Source of the DNA: Spirochaetia bacterium | GTDB taxonomy: Bacteria; Spirochaetota; Spirochaetia; DSM-27196; Salinispiraceae | NCBI GenBank assembly: GCA_038204425.1 | Contig: JBBRCZ010000001.1 | Span: 64,001-128,000 of the forward strand | DNA: 64,000 nt | Reading direction: 5' to 3' | In this document: piece by piece, positions 39,126 through 47,488 of the stretch | Layout of the letters: the number at the start of each line of letters is the position of its first letter | Numbering within the stretch: the stretch's first letter is position 1 | Made by a program: the position numbers and the translations under genes | Notes under the pieces: generated by a model | What the model was told of the DNA's origin: nothing | Seen by the model: only the letters and a program-made list of their open reading frames with translations | Database searches by the model: none

Positions 39126-41705
39126 CTAGTTGTCCAGAACCGTGTTTGTCCTGCGACCGCTTGGATCGAGACTGGTGCTTGTGCTTGTGCCATTTCCTAT
39201 AGAAGGATCGATAGGTTTGTTGCCATTTTCTTGCCAGGTTCGGCCAGCTTCCAATAAGGCTTCGTCGACGTCCAAACTGGTGTCAAACAATGAATCTGTA
39301 TTGAAAATGCTCAAGCTGTTGATGCTGGTTTCAAATGATCTAATTAAGGTTTGAGCCATATCTGCAGTTTGAGGAATCGCGTCATCAAATTCTTTTGGTT
39401 CAGTTCCAGTGCGAAAGATCTCCGTCCTAACCAACCCTTTGTAGTCAGGTAAAGGCAGCAAACCGTTGTTTAAGGTAACTTTTGCATAGCTGATGCCACT
39501 GTTGGGTCTAGCAAATTGACGTGGTTCCAAGTTTTTGTGGGCTTCCTTCATATACCGTGCCCATATAGGACCCGCTGTGCGAGAGCCCGTTTGGTTGGTC
39601 CCCAGCGAATTGTTTCCACCAGAATCGATACCGAGCCAGACGGCTGTCGTCATATAAGGCGAATAACCCACGGTCCATGCCGCAGACCAGTTTTGGGGCG
39701 TTCCGGTTTTACCCGCCATGGGCATGGTAAAACCGCCAACAAGATTTTTGGCGTACAAGAGTGTGCCGTCAGACAATGTCGATTGCAGCATATCGGTCAT
39801 AATATAAGCGGTTGCCGGACTAATGAGTTGTACCGCAGAACCTTTCCTTAGTTGGTAGTCTTGAACTTGTTTTTCTGGTTCCGAAATTACCACGCCATGA
39901 CGATTTTCAATATAGCGAATTGCAACCGGAACAACTTCGCGACCTAGGTTAGGAAAGGTAGCAAAAGCCTGTGCCATTTCTATCGGTGAGACTGAAACAA
40001 CCCCTAAAGCAAGGGGGAATTTTCGTTCGAAGCTGCGTCGCGCCCATTGATCTTGAGGAATTCCCAACAATCTACTTGAGACTTGAATAGCGTTGTCAAA
40101 CCCGACGCGAGAAAGAATTCTAAGAGATGGAACGTTCATGGATTGAGCTAAGGCGTTTCTGACCATAACTGGCCCTTTCCATTCTCCACGATAGTTGAGT
40201 GGTCGGTATTGGACTCCATCATCGTCGATAAATATCACTTGCGTGTCGTAAATCATAGTAGACGGGGTTATAACTTCACTTTCAATTCCAGCTGCATAGT
40301 AGAGCGGCTTAAAGGCGGATCCTGGCTGAACTCGGGCTTGTGTCGCGCGATTGAATTGGTTGCGTGATTCAAATTGGCTTCCGCCAACCATGGCAAGAAT
40401 ATGCCCAGTGCCGTTTTCTATCGAAATTAGTGCGCCTTCTACGGTGCTGCTTTTGATGGTGTTTGCTTTGTCCGCGTAGCCTCCATCTACCACGCGTCTT
40501 ACTGATTTGGTAGAAGTATAGGCAAATTGAACGCTCAACAAATCTAATAGTGGGTTGATTTCATCTCTATAGTTCGCTTTTGCGTTACTTCGTTGCTGTT
40601 TGCCAGCAACTCGAAAAGTATCGATATTGAGGCTTAAAGAAAGAAGATCAATCAAGGGTACAAAGTTCTCTTCTCCGTAACTGGTACGAGAACGAATATT
40701 TTTTTGGTACAAAGCATTGGTTTCGGCTATGGCGGGCACAAGCTGATCCTCAGCCGCTCTTTGATTGTCCAAGTCTAATGTGGTGTAAACTTTGTAGCCA
40801 TCACGATAAATATTGGCCTCTCCCAAGAGAAGTTCAGACTCCAATAGACCGCGGATATACTCGCTAAAATAAGGCGCTTCATCTTTGCGGTTAAAAAACG
40901 CTGTCTCAGTTGCAGAACGGGTGTAGTCAAACTCATTCCAGTACTCGTCAAAACTTTGTTCGGCATCTTCCTTGCTTGCGTAGCCAAGACTTACCATTTG
41001 GTTGAGAATGTTCTTCTGTTGTACTCGTGCTGTCTGAGGATTTTTTAATGGGCTGTACTTTCCATTGGGACTGGATACTTGGAGAACTAACAGTGCTGAC
41101 TCTGCAACAGAAATTTCACGCGCAGATCGTCCAAAAAAGAATTGGCTGGCGGCCTCGACACCATTGGTGTTGTGCCCAAATGACATTTTGTTGAGGTATT
41201 CTTCTAAGATCTCGTTCTTGCTCCAGTGGTTCTCGATCTGAATTGAGTACCAAAACTCTTTGAGCTTTCTAATGATGCTAATATCTGACTTGTCCAGATA
41301 GATAGATGTTGCCAGCTGTTGCGTAAGTGTGGAACCGCCCGAAACATAACTTCCTGACAAAAGGTTCCAACCTGCTCTAAAGTATCCCCTAAAGCTAAAA
41401 CCTTGATGCTCATAAAACTCTTGATCTTCGCGGGTAATCAAGGCATGGACTAAGTGCGGTGGCAGCTCTTCGATTTTAATCAGTTCGCGTTTTTCGTCTT
41501 GGAAAAATTCGGTTATTAATCGACCTTTTATGTCAAAAACTTGTGTGGGCAGGTTGGCTGTCTGTAGGTTAAACTCGCCAACTTTGCCCATGTTTTGCAT
41601 GCTTGCAATCGAGATGCCAACTACCAGTCCCGTAACAAGTGCTGTTACCATAACTAAGATGCCTAAAGTTCGAACTATTACATGTGATCTTTTGGAAATC
41701 GCCAT
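39126..41705 (-). CDS. Class A penicillin-binding protein (PBP1A family)
   Basis: Transglycosylase EDQEFYEH and GGSTLTQQL; transpeptidase SAFK, SMN, KTG; N-terminal TM anchor; start MAISKRS at 41705. Confidence 0.95.
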   Translation of the reverse strand: MAISKRSHVIVRTLGILVMVTALVTGLVVGISIASMQNMGKVGEFNLQTANLPTQVFDIKGRLITEFFQDEKRELIKIEELPPHLVHALITREDQEFYEHQGFSFRGYFRAGWNLLSGSYVSGGSTLTQQLATSIYLDKSDISIIRKLKEFWYSIQIENHWSKNEILEEYLNKMSFGHNTNGVEAASQFFFGRSAREISVAESALLVLQVSSPNGKYSPLKNPQTARVQQKNILNQMVSLGYASKEDAEQSFDEYWNEFDYTRSATETAFFNRKDEAPYFSEYIRGLLESELLLGEANIYRDGYKVYTTLDLDNQRAAEDQLVPAIAETNALYQKNIRSRTSYGEENFVPLIDLLSLSLNIDTFRVAGKQQRSNAKANYRDEINPLLDLLSVQFAYTSTKSVRRVVDGGYADKANTIKSSTVEGALISIENGTGHILAMVGGSQFESRNQFNRATQARVQPGSAFKPLYYAAGIESEVITPSTMIYDTQVIFIDDDGVQYRPLNYRGEWKGPVMVRNALAQSMNVPSLRILSRVGFDNAIQVSSRLLGIPQDQWARRSFERKFPLALGVVSVSPIEMAQAFATFPNLGREVVPVAIRYIENRHGVVISEPEKQVQDYQLRKGSAVQLISPATAYIMTDMLQSTLSDGTLLYAKNLVGGFTMPMAGKTGTPQNWSAAWTVGYSPYMTTAVWLGIDSGGNNSLGTNQTGSRTAGPIWARYMKEAHKNLEPRQFARPNSGISYAKVTLNNGLLPLPDYKGLVRTEIFRTGTEPKEFDDAIPQTADMAQTLIRSFETSINSLSIFNTDSLFDTSLDVDEALLEAGRTWQENGNKPIDPSIGNGTSTSTSLDPSGRRTNTVLDN

Positions 41706-41767
41706 AGACAAAACAGTATGCAAAAGCAGTCGACTTTGTCAATCTTTGGAAACTTGTGCAAGCAGCC

Positions 41768-41798
41768 AAAAAAAAAGGCCGGTTCTGCAGAACCGGCC
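41768..41798 (-). terminator. Rho-independent terminator
   Basis: Perfect palindrome GGCCGGTTCTGCAGAACCGGCC followed by T9 on the minus strand. Confidence 0.9.
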
Positions 41799-41858
41799 AA
41801 CCCGCTAGGGGATCGGTCAAATATAGCAAACTGGGAGGGGAACTATATGCAACCGACT
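41768..41858 (-). ncRNA. Candidate small regulatory RNA with a C-rich loop
   Basis: Sigma28-like promoter upstream; stem GUCGGUU..AUAUAG / CUAUAU..GACCGAU enclosing the loop UUCCCCUCCCAGUUUG; strong terminator downstream. Confidence 0.55.
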
Positions 41859-41864
41859 TATTCA

Positions 41865-41891
41865 TTATCGTTGCTTGCCGGCAAAAATTTA
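41865..41891 (-). promoter_or_regulatory. Putative sigma28 (FliA) promoter
   Basis: TAAA-N15-AACGATAA, compared with the consensus TAAA-N15-GCCGATAA. Confidence 0.5.
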
Positions 41892-41917
41892 GGGTCACAT
41901 TTGATTTTTGGAACGAT

Positions 41918-42814
41918 TTATTGAATAAACGTTTTAGGGTCGCGTGCTTTGCCATTGAAAAGAATTTCAAAATGAAGGTGCGCGCCAGTAGACTGACCGG
42001 TATTGCCGATATTGCCGAGGTTTTGGCCAGCGCGCAATCGTTGATTTCGTTTGACGCTGACTTTGCTCAAATGGCCATACATACTGGTGTAACCATTGCC
42101 GTGGTCCAATACTACATAGTTACCGTAGATTATGTGAAAACCAGTATCACTTACGGTACCATCAGCTGCCGCCATTACATTCGTGCCAAAGGGTGCAACC
42201 ATGTCAATGCCCTCGTGTCGAATTAGAGCACCCGTGATAGGATTTCGTCTCGGACCATAGGCAGAAGACAGACGGTAACTTGTAAGCGGAGATTGAAACA
42301 AGCTTCCCAAAAAGGCCAGACGTTCGTGGGGAGAGAAATCTTCACCCGGAAAGAAGGAGAAGCTTTCTACTCGAGTGCCTCTATCTAATCTGATTGAGGC
42401 GACCAGACTGCGTTTTTGGGCGAGTCTTGAGCCAAGTAACTGCTCAAGCTGCGACAAAGGTGGATCAATTAAAAAAATTCCTGCCAGGTTTGGCAAAACG
42501 AGCTCCAAGCCCTCGCTAACTCGTGCAGGATTATCCAAGCGGTTGAGACTTACAATGGTGCTATAGGGAATATTGAGTCGCGCGCTTATTGAATAGATCG
42601 ATTCTTGTTTTTTTACTAGGTATTTGACAAAATTGAGACTGGGAAGCCTTTGTTTGAGGGATTGCGCTCGATAGAATTTTACAATATCGGCAGTAAGTTG
42701 ATCAAAAATTGCATCACCACGTAAGAGTCTATCCACATAGGGCAGTTCATCAATTGAAACGTCGGCCAACAATACATGCCCACTTCCGGAGAAAAGCAAG
42801 ACAATCAGTGTCAT
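41918..42814 (-). CDS. LysM + M23 metallopeptidase
   Basis: LysM (YLVKKQESIYSISARLNI..LN.L), HEGID, YGNYVVLDH, STGAHLHFEI; start uncertain. Confidence 0.92.
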   Translation of the reverse strand: MTLIVLLFSGSGHVLLADVSIDELPYVDRLLRGDAIFDQLTADIVKFYRAQSLKQRLPSLNFVKYLVKKQESIYSISARLNIPYSTIVSLNRLDNPARVSEGLELVLPNLAGIFLIDPPLSQLEQLLGSRLAQKRSLVASIRLDRGTRVESFSFFPGEDFSPHERLAFLGSLFQSPLTSYRLSSAYGPRRNPITGALIRHEGIDMVAPFGTNVMAAADGTVSDTGFHIIYGNYVVLDHGNGYTSMYGHLSKVSVKRNQRLRAGQNLGNIGNTGQSTGAHLHFEILFNGKARDPKTFIQ

Positions 42815-42869
42815 GCAACAGCGCTGGGCATGACCAATTTTGCATAGTGAGCTTTGTATTGATTTAAAA

Positions 42870-43703
42870 CTATTGATCAATAATTGCAAGAAACCGATCC
42901 TCAATCTTTCGTCTTTCGGTCAATGATCTACCTATTTTTCTATCGGGGCGAATCTCACCATGGAAGTCTGAACCGGCGCTAACGCCAAGATTTAGTTCTT
43001 TTGCTATAGCTTCCAACCTAAGGGCGTCCTTGTAGCTTGCGCCAGGATGCCAAACTTCAATGCCATCGAGGTTCTTGTTTTTGTAGTCCGTGAGCACTTC
43101 AAAAAGTCTATTCCATGATAGATACAAAGTATGCGGGTGGGCAATCACCGCCTTACCTCCAGCTTGATGGATCGTTTCGATTGCCTCTTCCAATAGTAAG
43201 CCTCCCATTGGTCGATAAAGCGGCTTTCCTTGCCCTAAGTATCGGTCAAACGCGTCCTTGCGATCACGAGCTTTACCGATGTGCACCAAGTAATCCGCAA
43301 AGTGTGGCCGCCCCAAGCTGCCCCCAGAACTGAAGGCTGTCACTTTTGTGATATCGGTATCAATACCTGCGGAGTTCATAGCCTCAATTATAGAAAGGTT
43401 ACGATTGAGTCTTTGCTCTACTGAAAGTTTGACCAAGTTTGTCATCTTGGTTTTGTAGTCGATTATGTTTAAGCCGAGTAGGTGAAAGATGCCTTGGTCA
43501 GCCCATTTTATTTCGAGCTCTATGCCGGGAACAAAACGAATTCCTGCCTCCTTGCTGGCCTGCGCGGCTTCTTCTAAACCGTTGGTTGTATCGTGGTCAG
43601 TCAAAGCAAGTACCAAAATATCATTGTCTTTGGCGTGATTAACCAGTTGACTTGGACTTAGGGTACCGTCACTTGCTGTTGAATGTGCATGTAAATCTAT
43701 CAT
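42870..43703 (-). CDS. PHP domain metal-dependent phosphoesterase (TrpH/YciV-like)
   Basis: DLHAHSTASDG, LTDHDT, GRPH, AHP, GSDFHG. Confidence 0.93.
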   Translation of the reverse strand: MIDLHAHSTASDGTLSPSQLVNHAKDNDILVLALTDHDTTNGLEEAAQASKEAGIRFVPGIELEIKWADQGIFHLLGLNIIDYKTKMTNLVKLSVEQRLNRNLSIIEAMNSAGIDTDITKVTAFSSGGSLGRPHFADYLVHIGKARDRKDAFDRYLGQGKPLYRPMGGLLLEEAIETIHQAGGKAVIAHPHTLYLSWNRLFEVLTDYKNKNLDGIEVWHPGASYKDALRLEAIAKELNLGVSAGSDFHGEIRPDRKIGRSLTERRKIEDRFLAIIDQ

Positions 43704-43763
43704 GATTAGAAATGTACTTGATTTTAGCCTCTTAAGCTATTAAGGTGATATGGGGAGAGATCA

Positions 43764-44795
43764 GTGCCACAGGCGATGAACTACAAGGCTAACTCCGTTA
43801 TTTACTTCCGGGGAGATGCCAGCAAAAAGATCTATATCCTCCAGTCCGGTCGCATAATACTCAAGCGAGATGATATGGAGACTGGGCAGGAAGTGCAGGA
43901 AACAATACAGACAGGTGAGTTTTTTGGGGTAAAATCGGCCCTTGGTAAATATATACGCGATGAAGATGCCATCGTAGTTTCCGATAGTCAGGTGCTTATG
44001 TTTTTGGTGCCAGAGTTTGAAGCCTTGGTTATGCAAAATACACGCGTCGGTATGAAAATGCTTAAGGTTTTTTCCAATCAACTAAGACGACTGCATGCCA
44101 AAGTCAAATCGTTGATGGCCCTTGACGAAAACCGCAGTCCGGAAGATGGCATGTTTCATAGCGCCGAATACTACTTGAAGAAGAAAAAATACACCGAAGC
44201 AATCTACATACTCAGGAAGTATGAAAAATATTTTCCTTCAAGCACCAAAATGTCAGATGTTAAGAGATATCTAAACCTTGCTGAGAGCTACGCACAAAAA
44301 TATGGATCTGGAAACGGCCCCGCGATTATTGAAGACCGAGCTCAAGGTTCACGCAATCCAGGTGCTGCTCGAGCCAACCCAAATGCTGCGCCCAAAAAAG
44401 AAGCCGCAGGTGAAGAGCCTGGCGAAAAAGAGTACTACGACGCGGTTAGCCTAATGAGTCAGGAAGACTTTAAATCTGCATTTCAGGCCTTTAAAGTAAT
44501 TTCTGACAAGTACACTGGCAGCGAGACGGGACGAAAAGCTTCGTTTGAAATGGGACGCTGTTTGTTTGGCCTAAAACAATATGAGATTGCTATCAAGCAC
44601 ATGGGTGCCTTAATTAAAGAGTTTCCAGAAATGCCCGAAATGGCAGATACGCTCTATGTGGTTGGGCAGTCGTATGATAAATCGGGCGAGAAAACCAAAG
44701 CAGCCAGTGTCTACGAAAGAATTCTTCAAATTGGCAAGCTAGAAGAAGATGTGCGCAGAAAAGTAAAACTTGCCCAGAAAGCGCTTGGAGGCTGA
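43764..44795 (+). CDS. Cyclic-nucleotide-binding domain + TPR protein
   Basis: cNMP domain (IYFRGD..KIYILQSG, GEFFG) followed by TPR-like helical repeats. Confidence 0.87.
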   Translation: MPQAMNYKANSVIYFRGDASKKIYILQSGRIILKRDDMETGQEVQETIQTGEFFGVKSALGKYIRDEDAIVVSDSQVLMFLVPEFEALVMQNTRVGMKMLKVFSNQLRRLHAKVKSLMALDENRSPEDGMFHSAEYYLKKKKYTEAIYILRKYEKYFPSSTKMSDVKRYLNLAESYAQKYGSGNGPAIIEDRAQGSRNPGAARANPNAAPKKEAAGEEPGEKEYYDAVSLMSQEDFKSAFQAFKVISDKYTGSETGRKASFEMGRCLFGLKQYEIAIKHMGALIKEFPEMPEMADTLYVVGQSYDKSGEKTKAASVYERILQIGKLEEDVRRKVKLAQKALGG

Positions 44796-44798
44796 TCG

Positions 44799-45437
44799 AT
44801 GTCAGGCATGCAAGGGTTTGAACGATTTGCCGTCACCTATGAAAAAGGTGATATGATTTTTTGTGAGCACGAGGCTGGCGACGCCTTTTACCTGATCCAG
44901 GAAGGTAGGGTCAGAATTTCAAAAATCATCGGCGATTTTGAAAAGACGCTAGATGTTTTGATGCCTGGTGAGGTATTTGGAGAAATGGCTATCCTAGAAG
45001 ATGCACCTCGCTCAGCAAGTGCATTAGCCTTGGACAAAGTCAAGGCTCTGCAGTTCAACAAAGCCAATTTTGAAATATTGCTTATGGGGCAACCTCAAAT
45101 TACCCTAAAAATTCTAAAGCTTTTTACCAAGCGAATCTACGACCAAAAAAGACGCTTTCAAATCTTGACCATCGACGATCCAATGGCTCGTATTGGGGAC
45201 GTATTTTTGATGCTTGCAGAATCACAAACCGAAGAGCAACAAATAGGTGAGAAGAGAATATTTGAGACTTCCATGGAAGACATAGCATTGTGGGCAGGAA
45301 TGCCTATCGACAAGGCTCGCGAGATTCTAAACCATCTTGCCGGACAGCGACGTATTGAGATTTCCAAAGACAAAATAATTGTGCTCAATATTCATGACCT
45401 GGGTCGGATGGTCAGTTCTCGCCGCAAAGGTGTTTAG
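44799..45437 (+). CDS. Crp/Fnr family transcriptional regulator
   Basis: GEVFGEMAILEDAPRSASA cNMP motif; C-terminal winged-HTH-like region. Confidence 0.9.
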   Translation: MSGMQGFERFAVTYEKGDMIFCEHEAGDAFYLIQEGRVRISKIIGDFEKTLDVLMPGEVFGEMAILEDAPRSASALALDKVKALQFNKANFEILLMGQPQITLKILKLFTKRIYDQKRRFQILTIDDPMARIGDVFLMLAESQTEEQQIGEKRIFETSMEDIALWAGMPIDKAREILNHLAGQRRIEISKDKIIVLNIHDLGRMVSSRRKGV

Positions 45438-45465
45438 ACCCTAGATTGACGGGGTATCTAGCTCG

Positions 45466-47163
45466 TCAGTTTAGAATCTTTGAACGGTTTAACGCGCTTA
45501 CTATAGCTTTGAGTCCCGAAAGAGTAATGCTTTGGTCAATTCCAACGCCCCAATATTCAGCCTTGGTGGCCGCGCTTCTAAGCAGTACATAAGCAATTGC
45601 CTGGCTTCCAGCTCCCTTTCCCAGTGAGTCTTCGTGGAACTCCAAAACTTCGTGGCTAATAATGCCGACGCTTGCCAAAGCAGCTACAAAGGCTTCGACC
45701 GGTCCAGAGCCTTTGCCAACAATTTTATGCCGCTTGTCGGCTATCCGGATTTCGGCGCTCAACTTTGTCTTACCATTATGTTCTTTTATTTTCTCGCCCT
45801 TAAAAGAGATAAGCTCCAAGCTGCCGTTTCGATTGCAATAATGTTCAGAAAAAATCGCATGAATGTCGTCTGCGGTGACTTCTCTTCCCAATTGATCAGC
45901 ATGGATATTCACAAGGTTGCCAAGCTCTGGGCGCATTGCTTTGGGCAGATCAATGCCAAAGATGCTTTTTAGTACCCAGGCCACTCCAGCCTTACCACTC
46001 TGGCTGTTGATGCGAATAATAGCCTCATAGTCTCTCCCGATATCCTTAGGGTCGATCGGAAGGTAGGGGACGTCCCATTGCAATTGCTCGTAGTTGTCGC
46101 TATCCACGGCTGGCTGTTTGATGACTGTAGTTCTTTTTTCTAAAGCCTTTTTGATAGCGTCTTGGTGGCTTCCAGAAAAGGCAGTAAAGACAAGATCCCC
46201 TGAGTAGGGCGTCCTTGGATGTATGTCCATGCCAGTAAACTGACGATATGATTCGGCAATTTGCGTAAGATTTGAGAAGTCGAGACCTGTTTCAATGCCC
46301 TGACTAAACATGTTGAGTGCCATAGTCACAATGTCTAGATTGCCTGTTCGTTCACCATTGCCAAACAGTGTTCCTTCTATTCTTTGAGCGCCAGCCAAGA
46401 GACCAAGTTCAGCAGCTGCAATTCCTGTTCCGCGATCATTATGAGTGTGCAGACTGATAGTGACTTTGTCAGGCTCGGAAAAATTTCTGCAAAACCACTC
46501 TATTTGATCTGCGTGCTGATTGGGCATGCAGACCTCAACGGTGGCAGGTAAATTGAGAATCAGCTTTGACGTACCATAAGTAAACCAGGCATCTTTGACA
46601 GCTTCGCAGACTTCCAAAGAAAAATCTGGTTCTGTTTGAGTAAAACTTTCTGGAGAATACTCCAGACTTAGTTCTGTGTTGGTCAGCATGACACTGTGCT
46701 TCTTAATCAGATTGACCCCATCAACGGCGATAGCCAGAACTTCGGCCCGGCTCATGCCAAAGGTATAGTTTCTTTGCGCGGGAGAGGTGCTATTGTAAAG
46801 GTGAAAGATCACCCGTTTGGCTCCCTTAACAGCTTCAAGGCTACGAACGATGAGATGTTCTCGTGCTTGGCAGAGAATCTGAATAATTACATCGTCAGGT
46901 ATACGGTTTTCATCAATAAGTCGACGACAGAAGTCAAATTCAATTTGCGAGGCAGAAGGGAAGCCAATTTCGATTTGCTTAAAACCGATGTTTATCAAGA
47001 GCTCAAACATACCTAGTTTTTGTTCTACGGTCATTGGGTCAATCAAAGCTTGGTTGCCGTCGCGCAGGTCAACAGAACACCACTGCGGGGTCTGTGTGAG
47101 CACTTTGTCAGGCCAGCGTCGATCCTTTACTTGAACAGGCTTAAAGGCTTGGTATTTTTTCAT
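45466..47163 (-). CDS. leuA: 2-isopropylmalate synthase (LeuA type 2)
   Basis: WCSVDLRDGNQAL, EYSPESF, NLPATVE, HTHNDRG, GNGERTGN, FSGSHQDAI, RINSQSGK; regulatory C-terminal domain present. Confidence 0.97.
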   Translation of the reverse strand: MKKYQAFKPVQVKDRRWPDKVLTQTPQWCSVDLRDGNQALIDPMTVEQKLGMFELLINIGFKQIEIGFPSASQIEFDFCRRLIDENRIPDDVIIQILCQAREHLIVRSLEAVKGAKRVIFHLYNSTSPAQRNYTFGMSRAEVLAIAVDGVNLIKKHSVMLTNTELSLEYSPESFTQTEPDFSLEVCEAVKDAWFTYGTSKLILNLPATVEVCMPNQHADQIEWFCRNFSEPDKVTISLHTHNDRGTGIAAAELGLLAGAQRIEGTLFGNGERTGNLDIVTMALNMFSQGIETGLDFSNLTQIAESYRQFTGMDIHPRTPYSGDLVFTAFSGSHQDAIKKALEKRTTVIKQPAVDSDNYEQLQWDVPYLPIDPKDIGRDYEAIIRINSQSGKAGVAWVLKSIFGIDLPKAMRPELGNLVNIHADQLGREVTADDIHAIFSEHYCNRNGSLELISFKGEKIKEHNGKTKLSAEIRIADKRHKIVGKGSGPVEAFVAALASVGIISHEVLEFHEDSLGKGAGSQAIAYVLLRSAATKAEYWGVGIDQSITLSGLKAIVSALNRSKILN

Positions 47164-47204
47164 TGGGAACCTCCGTTTAGAACACGAACCAGGGTACTAA
47201 GAAT

Positions 47205-47236
47205 AAAAAAACCCGCTGCCGTCATTCGGCAGCGGG
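47205..47236 (-). terminator. Attenuator terminator in the leuA leader
   Basis: CCCGCTGCCG-aatga-CGGCAGCGGG (10-bp stem) followed by T7 on the minus strand, about 40 nt before the leuA start. Confidence 0.9.
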
Positions 47237-47265
47237 CTATTGACCGCTATGTGGCGCTTTGAGAA

Positions 47266-47367
47266 TCAATGCTCGTTCTGAGCACTTTCCAAAAGCAACC
47301 TGCCGAATTTTTGGCTTGCGTAAATTAGTAGTAGATTTTTTAGTAAACTATCTTTAGTCTTCATCAT
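47266..47367 (-). CDS. leuL: Leu-rich leader peptide of leuA, 33 aa (MMKTKDSLLKNLLLIYASQKFGRLLLESAQNEH)
   Basis: TTA-CTA and CTA-CTA-CTA leucine codons, located between a TTGACC-N18-TACGCT promoter and the attenuator hairpin. Confidence 0.8.
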   Translation of the reverse strand: MMKTKDSLLKNLLLIYASQKFGRLLLESAQNEH

Positions 47368-47488
47368 CCGCCCTTATCGTATAGCGTAACTTCTTTCTTA
47401 ACCTTGGGTCAAGCATTTTTTTTGTTTACGATCGTTTGTTTTCCTGCTATAGTGCCTGCCAACTGGCCCAATGCCTGAGGAGATAGCC

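Noticed and set aside
41569..42226. ORFs 41569-41970, 41718-41924 and 41756-42226 crossing the M23-PBP1A gap
   Set aside because: They overlap neighbouring genes and run through the terminator palindrome; the RNA-structure reading explains the region better.
47425..47488. T-box upstream of valS
   Set aside because: A TTTACG-N17-TATAGT promoter leaves only about 30 nt of leader, and there is no T-box motif; the nearby hairpin belongs to the leuA attenuator on the other strand.
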